Assembly: GCF_006345805.1 (NCBI RefSeq)
Contig: NC_043009.1
Location: 8,556,001 to 8,620,000 of the forward strand
Direction: 5' to 3'
Length of the DNA stretch: 64,000 nucleotides
Source: Octopus sinensis
Lineage: Eukaryota
The notes under the pieces are model-generated. The model saw only the letters and a program-made list of their open reading frames with translations. It searched no databases and was not told where the DNA came from. Of the stretch, positions 23,961 to 38,872 are shown piece after piece (the stretch's first letter is position 1; each line of letters begins with the position of its first letter). Made by a program: the position numbers and the translations under genes.

Positions 23961-24260
23961 AGCAAAGTGGTCCCAGAGACATCATTATGTGTAGAGCCAA
24001 TCATGTCCACAAGTGCTCTCCATCATTGGTGGGCCCATGCCAGCCCCTCTGCATCCTCCAAGGTGACATTGAGCCCCCGGAGATCTTCTCCAATCATGTT
24101 CAGCCATCTGATGTGGGGCTTGCCACAAGGCCTCTTCTAGTCTAAAGCTGTTGCGTGGAATAAGAGCAAAGCCCTGGTAGGATTATCTAGTGGATGACGG
24201 AAGATATGTCCGTACCAGTACTTGCGATGGATGGCTATGCAGTTGGAGGTTGCAGGATGA
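23961..24260 (-). mobile_element. Decayed RTE-clade LINE ORF2 C-terminus
   Basis: Minus translation RKYWYGHIFRHPLDNPTRALLLF..*KRPCGKPHIRWLNMIGEDLRGLNVTLEDAEGLAWAHQ*WRALV matches the RTE WxGH...KRPRGRP..RW..W motif. Confidence 0.8.
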
Positions 24261-25126
24261 TGATGGTTAATTTTTTAATAAATGTATTTGGAGCAATAGG
24301 GATTAGAGAATTGAAGTTTGATTAATTACAAAACATTTTAAAAATTAGAATTTTAGGGTAGAAAAAATTTGGGAAATTTTTTAGAATTGTTAGAAAATAT
24401 ATTAATACAGAAACATGTTATTTCCATATATAACAAACTGTTTTGTATTTATGGCAAGATATATGTAGCTCTAACTTTTTGAAGTGCAATGATTTTTTTT
24501 TATCATGTACAAAAGGTACAAGTAAGAAATAGCTTCTCATTTATGAGAAACCCCTTTTTGTTTGAAGGCAGGTAACAACTTCTACCATTTTTTTGAACAG
24601 GTATCTTTTGTTCAAGAAAGAAGCAATTAAGCAAAAAAAAAAAAAGAGAAGCCAAAACGGTGGGGCATGGGCAGGAGAGACTTTATCTAGGAATGAAAAT
24701 AATACTAGTATTGATACTATGACTACTGAAAAATAAAACTGGTATGAAGGGGACCTGTGGATGAAGATCACTTAAAATGTATCTCAATATCATGTTTTTC
24801 CTATCTGGAAAAAAAAAAAAAAAAAAATGCTCGTCATTGTTTTGACATGTTTCTCTCCATGTTAGTGTATATTGTAGACAGCTTTGATAGATAGCTTCCT
24901 TCCATATTATCCTGCTCTTATATCATCTGCATTCTCTTCAACGGCTACCACCACCCTTCCAGTACTATTCTATAAGGTCAGAGGCTCATTTCACTTAGGG
25001 TTATACTTCAGGGAGAAGAGAGTAGGGTGTGTGTGTGTGTTTGTTTGTTTTTATTTATTTAAATCTATCACTTTATCTGCACTAGTGAATATTTTTGTTT
25101 GCTTTCAACCCCTACCACCACCATCA

Positions 25127-25160
<34 letters not shown>

Positions 25161-25309
25161 GCTTCTCTCTTCTCTACAGCACATGACACTCATCAAAGGT
25201 TGTTTGTTGAAACTTTCCAATTTCTAAACCTAGTGTATTTAAGTTCAATCACAGTTGGGAGTCAAAAAATAATTTTATCTAGTCATCCAGCAGTTTATGT
25301 CTGATGTAC

Positions 25310-25314
25310 ATTAT

Positions 25315-25345
<31 letters not shown>

Positions 25346-25410
25346 TAGTAGTAGTAGTAGTAGTAGTAGTTAGTAGTAGTAGCAGTAGTAGTAGTTGGTA
25401 GTAGTAGTAA
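25310..25410. repeat. (TAG)n microsatellite
   Basis: Direct reading. Confidence 0.95.
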
Positions 25411-25768
25411 TAAGGAAGTCTTTCTTGCAATTTTTTTTTTCTCAATGCAGTATGATTCTGTCACGAAACTAAACTGTGTTGCTGTATGTGTGTGTCTGTG
25501 TGTCTTTTTGAGTGTATGTTTGGCTGTGTCAGTATGTGTGTCTCTCTGTTTCAGTGTTTGTGTGTGTAGGTATGTGTGTTTTAAAATGTATTTTTCCAGT
25601 TTAACTTTAGCTATCTGACTGACAATCCATACATACATAAATCACCGTGATTTCTGATTTCGTGGTACATGTGATTTATAAGCTATAGTTAATATATCTT
25701 ACATCTCAAACCACCCAAGCATGCAATGGCTCTGGAACCTGCTCTTACATTAGGGGAGAGAGAGAGTA

Positions 25769-25802
<34 letters not shown>

Positions 25803-26557
25803 TTCAACCAACCTAGAATCATTCAATCAGTTCCATTTGTCTCTTCTACTCTCTACAAGTAAATATACGTATATCTGTTAACCCCAAAACCTCTCTGCTC
25901 TTTCTATGAGTCAGTGTGTTAACTTTTGAGTCATCATCAAATCTGATCTCTCTCCAGTTACTCTACTCACCTGTTCTTGCCCATATTTAACTGATATGCT
26001 TCAAATATCTCTGCGTGTGATCATGTTGGCAGGTGGGAGAGGTTATCTCTTACACAAGCGAGGTTAAAATATTTCGTTATTCTGTGTTGTTTGTAACATT
26101 GAATTACAGGCAAAAAAAATATATCTTCTTACTTTTTTTTTAACAAGAAACAAATACCAAAACATTCTACACTTTGTGACTGACACACAATTCCAAACAA
26201 TAAACAAACGAATAAACAAACAAATGAAATACATGAATAAATCAAGGGAGGCGGAAAGGAGACAGAGAAGCCCTCTACATTCTACTTAGGTATTCATAAG
26301 TCTAGTGACCTTTCCTGAAGACCCAGCACCCCACAGCACCTTCCAAACCTCTTGATAAAGTTTTAGCTATCCTGAGAAAATTTGCATTCTTTTTTCAGCA
26401 CTCCCAAATATTTTAACTCTTTGGCTGCTGATCAAAGCTTTTTCTTCGTTCTATATTTCGGTTATCTTCTTCTCAGTAATATACACAAAACTGGAAGAAT
26501 GCTGAAGAAAATGCCTTGTGGTGTTTGGTTATGTCCGTCTATGTTCTGGTTTTAGAT

Positions 26558-26967
26558 ACTCTTTACTCTTTTACTCTCTTTTACTTGTTTCAGTCATTTG
26601 ACTGCGGCCATGCTGGAGCACCGCCTTTAGTCGAGCAAATCGACCCCGGGACTTATTCTTTGTAAGCCCAATACTTATTCTATTGGTCTCTTTTGCCGAA
26701 CCGCTAAGTGACGGGGACGTAAACACACCAGCATCGGTTGTCAAGCAATGCTAGGGGGACAAACACAGACACACAAACATATACACACACACTTATATAT
26801 ACATATATATGACAGGCTTCTTTCAGTTTCCGTCTACCAAATCCACTCACAAGGCATTGGTCGGCCTGGGGCTATAGCAGAAGACACTTGCCCAAGATGC
26901 CACGCAGTGGGACTGAACCCGGAAACATGTGGTTGGCTAGCAAGCTACTTACCACACAGCCACTCCT
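26558..26967 (-). mobile_element. Full-length tRNA-derived SINE (family A)
   Basis: Head, body, TG/TA tract and (gagtaaaa)n tail all present; near-identical to 54883-55301. Confidence 0.92.
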
Positions 26968-27109
26968 GGCATTAACTATTCTTCTTCTCCTTGTTGGGGT
27001 TGATAGAATTAAGGATCAATCAAATTAGGTAGTGAGATCAGTGCCATTTGACATTATAGCTGTCTTCTTGCTGTAGAATCCCAGCTTAGTAGATTTTTAT
27101 GATCAGGTG

Positions 27110-27525
27110 CAAGGATGGCTGTGTGGTTAAGATGCTAACTTTGCAACCACACAGTTTTGGGTTCAGTCCCACTGCTCAGCATATTGGGCAAGTTTCTTCT
27201 ACTATAACCCTAAGACAACCAAATGCCTTATGATTGAATTTGGTCAAAGGAAACTGTGTAGAAGCCTGTCATATATGTGTGTGTGTGTGTGGTGTGTGTG
27301 TGTGTGTATTTCTGTTTGTCTCCCTCCACCACTTGACATTGGTGTTGGTTTGTTTACATCTGTCTCCATTAGTGAGCAGTCTTGCAACAGTGACAAATAG
27401 AATTACTACCAGGCTTTTAAAAACAAAAATAAGTACCAGGGTCAATTTGTTCGGCTAAACTCTTCAAGGTGTTGCCCCAGCATGGCCACAGTCCAGCAAC
27501 AGAAACAAGTGAAGGATAAAAGAGA
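27110..27525 (+). mobile_element. Diverged family A SINE
   Basis: ggctgtgtggttaag...gggttcagtcccactg...ccagcatggcc...gaaacaagt. Confidence 0.8.
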
Positions 27526-30032
27526 AAGGCATTCTAGCTACGGCCATCTTCTCTTTCTTTGGTTGTGTAGGACTTTATTATCCAATGTATTCTTTTCTGT
27601 GACAAAAGGGTGCTAACTGAGGGAGAGTTGGCTGTTGTTTCTAGTAGGCTGACCAGCCATGCAGCGGCTTCTTTGTTGGCTCTTCTTATAACTATGTTAG
27701 ACATCAGCAATATACAAAATGAAAAAAATCATTTATTCTCCATTTCTGACGGCCTTCCATTTACAAGGAACTGTCCTGTCTTCTCTAAATTCTTCTTCCG
27801 CTCTTCACCTTTGTTCTTCTAAACATTCTGTCTTCAAAGTAAACTTGTTAAAAATCTCCGTGTTCACTTCTTTACTCTTAGTTCTCTGTCTTGGGAATAA
27901 CATGCTAGTTGTTGTTGTTGTTGTTGTTGTTTTGCCCCAAAGTTAACTTGATGCAGTAGATATTATGATCAAAGATATATCAATAGCAACCGTGGCTATT
28001 CCATCTGTTATTCACACACACTGTATAACAGGGAATAACTTATGTAATGTGTTGTACCAATTTTTAATGGTAAGGTTGGATTTTGATGGAGATGTAAGTG
28101 CTTCAGTTTTGACTGTGCGGTTGAGAAGTTTGCTTCGTAACTCCATGGGTTTGTGTTCAATTCCATTGTGCGACACCTTGGAAAGTTTTTTTTTCTACCT
28201 ATAATATCAAGTTACCAATTTGCCAATACCTTGTGATAGAATTGAGCAGACCTATGATGAAAGGCACCCAGGCATGACCATCCTGTTAATTTCCTATTTG
28301 CAAGGAATCTTACTTTCAAATATGTCCTTTTCTGAGGTGATTGGAGCTTTCAGAAAAGGACAATCTCTGAAAGAGATTTGACTGCTATTTCTCACAGGTT
28401 GGACGACCACATAGAGGATCTATTTTGGGCAGAAGGTTGGTTGATAGTAGCTTGACAGTAAATAGAGAAAAACTTGGAGAGAAATAATTGTGTCTAATCT
28501 TGAAGTGAAGTAATTTAGTCTATTTGAACTCCAGAAACACTGACTAAAGTTAGTGACATTCTATGTTTTTCAAAACTTATGTGTCCCATTCATCTTTTGG
28601 ATTATGGGGGCACCCTATAAGCCTGTTATCATTAATAGAAAACCAGCATGGTGGAGCCCATATCATACTTGCACTTATGCTATAAAATCACTAAGAAAAA
28701 GAACCACTTGTGAATTATATTGTGCTCCCCCTGCTTTCAGTCATAAGCTGTATGTACATTCTCATAATACCTGTTATATTTTACTGCTAGATTTTATTGA
28801 GCCACTGAGAGTTTATTTATTGTCTCTGCTTAAGGAAACCTTCAGTGTTTAATGTAAGAAGGACCAAGAACTACCTTTAGCCAGCATCCTACTGTCAACC
28901 ACCTGGTTAGCTAGTTACAACTGGGGAGACAGACTTAAACTGTTGCTGTCGTTGCTAATAGTGATGATGATGATGATTAGCATTTACTATAAAAAGTCTT
29001 AAACAATTTAGAGTTCTTCTCAGTGATAGAATTGATTAAAATTCCTTCTTATTTGTGTGTGTGTGTGTGTGCTCATATGTGTGTGCGTGTGTTGTCCAAG
29101 TCTCAATTTGGAATATTGTAAAAGATAATTTCCATCATTGATTTTGAGTTATTTTTTGTCTTTTTTTAAATTATTTTTTTTATTTTATTTTTTTATTTTA
29201 TTATTTTTTTTAACCAAAAGCTTAACCAACCAAAATATTCAATGTCGAGAAATTTAGAAAAATAAGTCTATTATCTGATTCTAAAGCATTTTTCAGTTCA
29301 CACCAAATGTAGTTCACTGATAACAAGACTTATTTAAGAAGTTTGTAGAGAAGAAAGCCATGTTTGCTGAATGGTATTTTTTGTTGTTTCTACCGTTGAA
29401 TGTTATCTGAGCTCGTCACTTCTAGATTTCATTAAGATATCAAGATTGTTCTTTCATTTGTTGTCTGTTGCTTTTTATTATTGTTATTATTATTTTTTGT
29501 TTTTGAGGGTGAGGGGGTTTCCTGTTTCCTTCTTTCTTTTCAAAAATTCTTAAATCCAACCAATATGTTTTCACTGGAAGTGAACAAAGGTGAAGATTTT
29601 CATCTTTCTTTTGTTTTGTTTTATTTTGTGTTTTGTATTTATTTATTGAGACAAATAACAAAAATGAAATGAAATCCTTCCTATTTGATTTCAACTAATT
29701 CCTCAATATTCCTTTTGTTTCTTCATTCAAATGCTACGGCATAAAAGTCTAGATTAGAACTGATCGCAGATAGAAGAAAATATTCATTGCTGAATTTAAT
29801 ACGTGTTAATATGATAAAACAAGGATGGTCGATTGACACATCTGTTAGCGTATCGGACAAAATGTCTCGTAGCATTTAGTTATGATCGTTTACATTCTGA
29901 GTTCAAAACTTACCAGGTTCAACTTGAAATGTCCATCCGTCTGTCCATCTTCCCTATCCACTATTCCTGCTAGAGTCCCCTTAGAGGTTAGAGTTCTCAG
30001 GCACCTCTTCCATAGGATCCTGTTAGAAGCAA

Positions 30033-30555
30033 CATCATCATCATCATCATCATCCTTTAATGTCCATGCTGGAATGGGTTGGATAGTTTGACCAGGGCTG
30101 GCAAGCTGTAGAGCTTCACTAAGTTCCGGTCTAATTAGGCTTGGTTTCTACAGCTGGTTGCCCTTCCTAATGCCAACCACTTTAAAGTGTGTGCTGGGTG
30201 CTTTTAACCTGGCATCATTAAATTTTCCAGCTGGATTCCTTAAGCATGACCAACTGTGACTATAGATAGTATCCAGCCATTTTGTTCTAGTGCCGCTGGA
30301 CCGGCTCCTGTGCAGGTGGCACATAAAAAGCACCATTTGAGCATGGCCGCTGCCAGTACCACCTGACTGGCCCTCGTGCCAGTGGCACGTAAAAGCACCC
30401 ACTACACTCTCGCAGTGGTTGGCATTAGGAAGGGCATCCAGCTGTAGAAACTCTGCCAAATCAGATTGGAGCCTGGTGCTGCCATATGGTTCGCCAGACC
30501 TCAGTCAAATCATCCAACCCATGCTAGCATGGAAAACGGACGTTAAACGACGATG
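30033..30555. mobile_element. Two oppositely oriented copies of a short retroelement with a (GAT)n tail (family F)
   Basis: Minus copy at ~30033-30190, plus copy at ~30290-30555 (ggcattaggaagggcatccagctgtagaaac...ccatgctagcatggaaa...cgttaaacga). Confidence 0.8.
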
Positions 30556-32470
30556 AACGATCTGCCTCTTGCTCAGACTGAAGAGTCCGTTTGAAACAAG
30601 ATGAGTTCATTAGTGTAATTATTGAGAGTCTTGCAATGTTTTGTCCTTCATTCTTTCATTGTTTGATGAAATGAGTAGCAGTCAATTACCGGGGTTGAAT
30701 AAATCAACAATGCCACCAACCCTCAAATTTGTGGGCTTCTACATATATATTCCATTTTATAGAGATGCCTCCAATGACAGAAATTTTAGAACGTTGGATG
30801 TCATTGGTCCCAGGTTCAAACTTACTTTCTCATTCTCTTAAGTAATTTTTGTTTAACTCCAAATTTGCCATAACTGAGTAGATTTTTTTTTTTACCAAAA
30901 GTATTTCCAGCTGTGAGCATCTCCTCTTTTCTATTCTAAGTATAACTCCATTTTTTTAAAAACAGTGTGAGTATTTTAGGAAGATTCTGTTGTTGTTTCT
31001 AGCATGTTAGGCAGCTGTGTAATCACCCATATTGGCTCTTTCATTTGCTTTTTCAAATATTGTGGTATAAGTCTAGACTAGTATTGATCAATGAGAGTAA
31101 AAAAAAAAAATGTATTCTTTATTGAGTTTAACACCTGTTATACAGTGAAAAAGTAATAAACGAACAAGTTTGAACTAAATAGGAAACCTCTACATGGTTG
31201 CTCAACTCGCTAGAAAGAACAGCCAAATCTCCCTCATATTGCACTCTAATATCTTATATGTATAAAAACACAATGATAATACTAGGATAAAAAAAGAACC
31301 CTAGATACACTATACCTAAAACTGGGAAGGTCATAATTAGTATGTCTCTGATCATGTTTGCTTCATCAAAGCTGATCAGTGAATTAATAGCAACAGATTT
31401 CATTTAATAGAGACACAAAGGTTTCATCATTTAATTGTGTCTCTCGGGTTCAGATGTACTTTCTGATTTTAAGTAGTTGTTGTTGTGGTGGTTGTAGTGA
31501 TAGTAGTGTTGTTATTTAACCCTAGGTCGGCCCCAATCATGCTAACTTATGATCTATGGCATTCCATTTGTAACCTTCCAAGCCTTTCGAACAAGACAGA
31601 GTGTTCTCATACTACATCATCCGATAATTCTCCTTTCGGATTTGTTTTAGCCTGGCACTCCATCAGTTACGACAATGTCTGTTCCAGTTGATTCAATCAG
31701 CTGAACAGCCTGATTGTGAAATTAACGTGCAAGTGGCTGAGTACTCCACAGATACACCTACCCTTAACATAATTCTCAGTGGACTGGAACAACATGAAAT
31801 AAAGTGTCTTGCTCAAGGACACGACACATTACCAGGAATCGAACTCATAGCCTTACGATCATGATCTGAATAGCCCTAACCACTAGCCACATGCCTTTAA
31901 ATTTTTTTTAAGATGGTAGAATTTAAAGTAAAAAAAAATTTAGCTACTACTTCTAGCATGTTGAGTGACTACATAAGCTCTTTATTTACCTCATGACTGT
32001 TGTTGTTGTTAATTTAGTCAGCTTCTTGAGAAGCAAGCACAAGTCACATATTAACACGTTTCCTTATACTGACATCCTCATTGTCCTCATTCATTTAACA
32101 TTTGCTTCTTTTCCTGGCAGGAGTTGGACATGTGTAAAGTACAGTAGCTTATCTTTACTCTCTTGCTCCTATCACTTACCCTGTCTCTTCCTGGCTTGTT
32201 TTATGGGTGTAGGTATAGCCAAGTAGGTAAGAAGTTCACTTCTTACCTACATGGCCATTGCGCTGGGTTTAATCACAATATGCAACACCTTCAGAAAATG
32301 TCTTTTTGGCTGAATTAAGCTTTGGGAATAAAATTAGGTAGACAAATACTGTATGGTCCAATCAGATTAGCTGTACCTGTTGGTGAGGGTAGGGAATTAG
32401 ACCCTATCCATTGTCTGATCTAACATTACTTCTTGGGTACTTTCAGCAGGGTCCACTTTTTTGTACTTGG

Positions 32471-32691
32471 CCCTTTAGCATTCAGACTACTTTGTCTAAT
32501 GTAATGCTTATTTGTTCACATTGTTTTGAAATTAATCTTGCATCATCTTCTGGCTTTGAGACTTCAATGAAGTAATTGTTTCCTTTTAGAATGACATTGT
32601 AGGATAGGTGTAAGAGGCCAGACCTGGCTGGTTTGAACATAGAACAGGTAGGATATTTGAGTCAGATTTGGTCAGTTTAAATGCCAAATGG
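32471..32691. mobile_element. piggyBac-like MITE (decayed)
   Basis: ccctttagcattcag ... tttaaatgccaaatgg|TTAA; left TSD degenerate (ttgg). Confidence 0.6.
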
Positions 32692-34752
32692 TTAAACCAA
32701 GTCCCCATTCTGACGATATCTCAATATCTTGATGCACACCATTTTTTTATCTCCTTGAACAGTCCAAAAGTTTTAGTTTCTTTCTCTCTTTCTTCATACC
32801 AGTCTTAGAGATTCTATAAAGAGTTGTTGGTACTAGCCTTTTCTCTTCTCACAAAATAATTACAGAATATCTTCTTCTAAGACTTCCTCCATTGTCAGCA
32901 TATGTTTTCTTTATTATTTTTTATATATATCTTTTACTTGTTTTTCTCATTGGACTGCTGCCACGCTGGGCTACTGTTTTGATGGGTTTAGTTCCACAAA
33001 GAAACCCCAATACTTAATTTCAAGTCTGATATTTTATAGGTCTTTTTTCACTGAACCATTAAGTTATGGTGGCATAAAAAAAGATACACACAAACATACC
33101 TACACACACACACACACCCACACACAATGGATTTCCATACAGTTTCCATCTACCAAACACATTTACAAGACATTGGTCTGCTTAAGGCTGTAGAAGACAC
33201 TTGTCTAAGGTGCCACACAGCAGGACTGAACCCAAAGTCTTGTGGTTGCAAATGAGTTTCTTAATCACGCAGCCATGTCCTTTTACATCATCTTTCTTTC
33301 TTTTTTTTTTTTACCCTACAAGTGCTCTGTTATCCATCTATATCGATCACATGTCTATACCAGTACCCCTACCTTTCTTACACATATCAGTTTATGAAGC
33401 AAATTTGTAAATGTCTAAATTTCAAGTGATTATCAGGAAAATATATGTATATATCGTTAGGAAAACAATTAGTCTCCGTTTGATATATGAATAACTGGAA
33501 AATTTTTGAATACATAGTCTGAAATGTAAAGCTATTGATCAAGAATATGATTTTTTCATATGACTTTCGATAAAAGACAAATGAAGTCTGGTGACCAAAT
33601 TATCACTTTGGGAATTTTCCATAATGAATTTAGACATTCCAGATGCAGAACAGACTCAGTAGAAATTGAATAATTGTATTTTCCAGTGGATTAGTTCCGG
33701 AATTGATCTAAAAGTTTTCGTTTTAATAGATTTTGAAATGCTCCCTTCATTTAACATTGCATCATATTTTCATAAAATTGTTCAGATGAAGCGGTAAATT
33801 AGACCTGGCTAATTTTGCAACCATCATGGGCCTCTTTTAAAGGAATAAATTTTGTCTATCCTATATTACAGTTCGATTACAGATTATTCATTGTTGCATG
33901 AGACGTTCTTGTTTATACAGCAATCATACATATCATTACTGCACATATATCATTACTGCACATCTTATATATCATTACTACACTTCATGCATATCATTAC
34001 TACACATGTAATCATTACTACATATCATTACTACACCACTACAGTTTCATTACTACACATCTTTCTTTGCCGATTGGTTTCAGCCAATCTAATTTCAGTA
34101 TTTCTTCAGCGACATCAGCAGTCTAATAAAACTGAGCATTGATTACCATACCAGTATAAGCAGGTTCAATCTTGCTCAGCATATCTTTTTTTATTTTATT
34201 TATTTATTTTTTTTTTAATCTATCCAATGCTTGATTGTGTCCTCAAACTTGTGCGCTTGCTGAAGAAACATCGTTATTAGTAATTTTGGATAGCTTCAGA
34301 TTTTTTTTTTTTAATTTGGAAGTAGACAATTATTTCTCAGGAAGGGTTATTGATCTGCATTGTGCAATTCATAGAGACAGAGAGAGATTTTTTTTTTAAA
34401 AGAAAAATAGTTGTGATAGAGTATAAAGGTAAAAAAAAAAAAAAGAAAGAAAAGAGAAACATATTTTGACCATCTTTATTGACAATGTTTGTTAAGACAA
34501 AGTTGCTTCATCTTCAGCAACAGCAGCGTCAGCAGCAGCATTTTAAGATCTGCATTTATTGTGTTTCTCGTTGACAAGGAATTGGACTATCAGCATATAG
34601 GTATAATTCTCATATACTGCTGGGATTTCTTTGGCAAGCAGGATGGGGGATGCTGTACTTAACACTATATCAGTTCATCTGTTTGAACAAGCAGCAGATC
34701 TTTTGTGGATGTTATGTCTTCAATAAACTACCCCACAAAAAGCTATAGATTC

Positions 34753-35134
34753 GGAGTGGCTGTGTGGTAAGTAGCTTGCTTACTAACCACATGGTTCCGG
34801 GTTCAGTCCCACTGCATGGCACCTTAGGCAAGTGTCTTCTACTATAGCCTTAGGTCGCGCAAAGCCTTGTGAGTGGATTTGGTAGACAGAAACTGAAAGA
34901 AGCCCGTTGTATATATGTATATATATGTGTGTGTGTGTGTGCCTATGTTTGTCCCACCCCACCCCAACATCGCTTGTGCTGGTGTGTTTACGTCCCCGTG
35001 ACTTAGCGGTTCAGCAAAAGAGACCGATAAAATAAGTACTAGGCTTACAAAGAATAAGTGCTGGGGTCAGTTTGTTTGAGTAAAGGCGGTGCTCCAGCAT
35101 GGCCACAGTCAAATGACTGAAACTAGTAAAAGAG
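34753..35134 (+). mobile_element. tRNA-derived SINE (family A)
   Basis: ggagtggctgtgtggtaagtagcttgc...ggttcagtccc... through gtcaaatgactgaaac. Confidence 0.9.
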
Positions 35135-35192
35135 CGATTCACTTACATGCTAAACATACACCTTGAATCTGGTGCTAAGTTTGGCTCTATAT

Positions 35193-35415
35193 CAGTGGTT
35201 CCCAAATTTTTTTCAGGCTGCCCCCACTCATCACCACCACAAACATAAACCACTTTCTGCCGCAAATTCAAAACAACTGAATTTTACAAACACAACTTAA
35301 CCTAATCACACCATCCATTATCGCTCCACTTTTCTTCAATGCCTCCCTGGATCTTTCCACTGCTCCCAGGTATGTGTGCATGGTGGGGAAGTACCACCCA
35401 GTTTGTGAGCCACTG
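35193..35415. mobile_element. hAT-Charlie-like MITE with perfect 8-bp TSD
   Basis: ctctatat|cagtggttcccaaa ... tttgtgagccactg|ctctatat. Confidence 0.85.
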
Positions 35416-35604
35416 CTCTATATGAATTTATTGAAGCTTTTTGGAGAAGCACTTGTTTTTTTTTTAGTGCATTTGCATGGGTCTACAAATAATATTTGTT
35501 GCTTGTGGTTTAGTCTCAGGTCAAGCTCTGATAAATCGGGTCCATTATGAAGCCCTACTATCTTTTTTTTTTTTTTTGGAGTACCTAAATCTATATTATG
35601 TAAT

Positions 35605-35765
35605 AAGTCTTGGCGTTAGGAAGGGCATCCAGCTGTAGAAACTCTGCCAGATCAAGATTGAAGCCTTGTGCAGCCATCTGGTTCACCAGCCCTCAGTCAT
35701 ACGTCCAACCCATGCTAGCATGGAAAGCGGACGTTAAACGATGATGATGATGATGATGATGATGA
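35605..35765 (+). mobile_element. Family F retroelement 3' end with (GAT)n tail
   Basis: tggcgttaggaagggcatccagctg...ggacgttaaacgatgatgatg. Confidence 0.85.
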
Positions 35766-36061
35766 AGTCCTTGTTATTTTTAAGATTTGGCTGTTGTTTC
35801 TAGAATATCAAGTGATTACATACATGCATCTTTATATCTCTCTTCAAATAAATTTTGTTTGAGTATGTGTGTGATAGTGTGTGTGCATGTGTGTGTGCGT
35901 GTGCATGTGTGTACCTGTGTTTCACAATAACACTGGTAAAGTATCACAGTAAGATCTGATTTTATAATGTCATTTGAAATCTTCCCAGACGAATCTGTGT
36001 TCTAGCTACCATCTACTGCCAGCTTGAATCAATTCTTTTTTTTTCTCTCTCTCTTTCCTCT

Positions 36062-36104
<43 letters not shown>

Positions 36105-37559
36105 TTTTCCATCCAGCACGCATCATTAATTCTCATCATAATCCAAATCAACTCCATATTCTGTTGTTATATGAGAAGATTCTTTCTCACTATCTCCAAC
36201 TACACTAAGCTGCTTGTCATTTCCATAGTAAACTCAAGTGCTGAATCATTCTAGTCATTCTCGTTTTTATTCTTATCTGATCTTCTACCAGGTAAACAGG
36301 CTGGGGGTTTATCCAGTGTCTGGCACCAGAGACAAGACTCATCATAAATGTTAAACGATTCATTGGACAAGAGAGCAGCATTTTATCTGCTCAACCATTG
36401 CAATTCCTTATCTGCTCAGTTATCTGTGTGCAATCTAATACAACTATTTTGTGCTAAATCTTCCTTCATAAACCAAGGAATGGTTTATTGGAACCCAATT
36501 TTAAACACACATTTTCAACAGCACTAGTGCTCACAAAATGCTCGCAAAAATTTTTTTTGAAAAATGTATATAAAATCTATTGCAATTCCTCCCTCCCCTC
36601 CTGTATTCAACTCTTGGTATATCTAAAATTCAATAATTTATTGGAAAAAATATTAATTCTTGAAAATCTATATATTTTTTCAAAATATATAAGGATTTAA
36701 TGAAAAATTCTTGACTGATTGATTACTTACCAGATATTAAAGAGTAAGTAAAATAGGTCAGATTATATTTTTTTTTTATTTGTTTACAGCTTTTTTTTTG
36801 TCTTTTTTTTTTCAAAAATGCATTTTAACTCAGTAGATCATTAGTGAAATAAATGTAGAATGAACGCACCTATTACTTTTGGAAATGTCGGCCATTTCCC
36901 AGCATCACGAACGAAATTGTTGTGAAGAAAACCTAGAGCAATGTTCTAAATTATAGCCCACCATTCCCCCCCCTCTCTCTCTCTCTTTCTTTCACTTTCT
37001 CTTTTTCACGCAAACTTTAACTTACCTAATTGGTGCCAATGACAAAGGTCAGACTTACATGTCACATGATACAACAACAACAACAAAAAAAGGACATAAA
37101 GAATCTGCATTTTATCCCAACAACTTGTAACCTTATTTGAAAGAATCAGAAAATTCCTCTTTTTCTCTTCCTCTCTCTCTCTCTCTCTCTTTCTCTTTCC
37201 AACTTCGACTTGTTAACAATAAATCAGCTGTTATTTTCCTTTGGTCAATAATAACATGCTTCATTTTGTTGTAATTATTTTTCACAGTCTTTCTTTTATT
37301 TTGTTTCACTAAAGAAGCAAAACTGATATGTAGCAAGATAAAAAGGAAAAAGATGGGGAGTATTTCCGAGAAGGAGATGTGGGGTTCAGCAACGTACACC
37401 CTTTACCACCATCTGTGACAGTTAAAGCCAGTGACAGAGATTTTACATCAGACTCGGGCAACTTTTGTTGAGAAGCAGGCTGCATGAAACATGGCTTATC
37501 ATAAGGTGCACCAGCACTACTAAAAAACTGGTGATGGTAATTTTTAATTAGGCATTCCA

Positions 37560-38400
37560 TTCAGTAACTCCCACCAGCCTCTTGCTTCCCAACCACACGG
37601 TTCCAGGTTAAGTCTCCTTGTCTTCTACTATAGCCTCGGGCCAACCAAAGCCCTGTGAGTGGATTTGGGAGATGGAAATTGAAAAAAGTCCGTCGTGTGT
37701 GTCTTTGTGCCTGTGTCTCCCTGCCCCCTGCCATCACTTTACCACTGGTGTTAGTGTGTTTACATCCCGATCACTTAGCAGTTTGACAAAAAGGACTGAT
37801 AGAATGATAAGTACCAAACTTGACAAAATTAAGTATTTGGGTCAGTTCATTCAACTGATAATTCTTCAAGGTGGTGCCCCAGCATGGCTGCAGTCTTGTG
37901 ACTGAAACAAGTAAAAGATAAAAGATTAAGGCGGCGAGCTGACAGAATCGTTGGCATGCCAGGTGAAATGCTTAGCGGTATTTTGTTTGTCTTTACGTTC
38001 TGAGTTCAAATTCCACCGAGGTTGACTTTGCCTTTTATCATTTCTGGGTCGGTTAAATAAGTACGAATTACGCACTGGGGTCGATATAATCAACTTAATC
38101 CATTTGTCTGTCCTTGTTTGTCCTCTCTGTGTTTAGCCCCTTGTGGGTAGTAAAGAAATAAGAAACATTAGCATGCCGGGCAAAATGCTTAACGGTATTT
38201 CATCTGCCGCTATGTCCTGAGTTTAAATTCCACCGAGGTCGACTTTGCCTTTCATCCTTTTGGGGTCAATTAAATAAGTACCAGTTATGCACTGGGTTGA
38301 TATAATCGACTTAATCTGTTTGTCTGTCTTTCTTTGTCTCCTCTGTGTGTAGCCCCTTTTGGGCAGTAAAGAAATATGAAACAAGTAAAAGATAAAAGTC
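37560..38400 (+). mobile_element. SINE cluster: one family A copy followed by two tandem family B copies
   Basis: A at ~37560-37925; B from 37929 and again from ~38161. Confidence 0.85.
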
Positions 38401-38872
38401 ACAGATTACTCATAACTGTTCTACATAGTTGCATGACTTGCTAGAAATAACAACCAATTCTAACTTGAATCTTCTCCCTATACTGCTGCCTTCAAAAATG
38501 CTGAGAACACCTGAAATAATGTGATCTTTAATACTCCTAAAATGACAGGATGGTCACAGCTGCAATGCTTTTGAATGTAAGTCTGCTTAATCAGGGCTAA
38601 CCTGAAGTGGTGCTAAGTAACAGCTGCCACTGAGAGAGAGAAAATTCTCACTGATCAGAAAGTGTGATGTGTGTGTTATGATTTCTTCATTTTACATCTG
38701 TGGATGAGCCAGTGAAAGGGCTGCTACAAGATTACTCAACTTACCAAAAAAGGCTTATATATATATATATATATATATATTTACATATATAGGCCAGTTG
38801 AGCTAGAGGTTAAAATAACCGTCTAAGGGATAGAAGTATCCGTTACACTACCGGTATATTACCTGTATTTAA

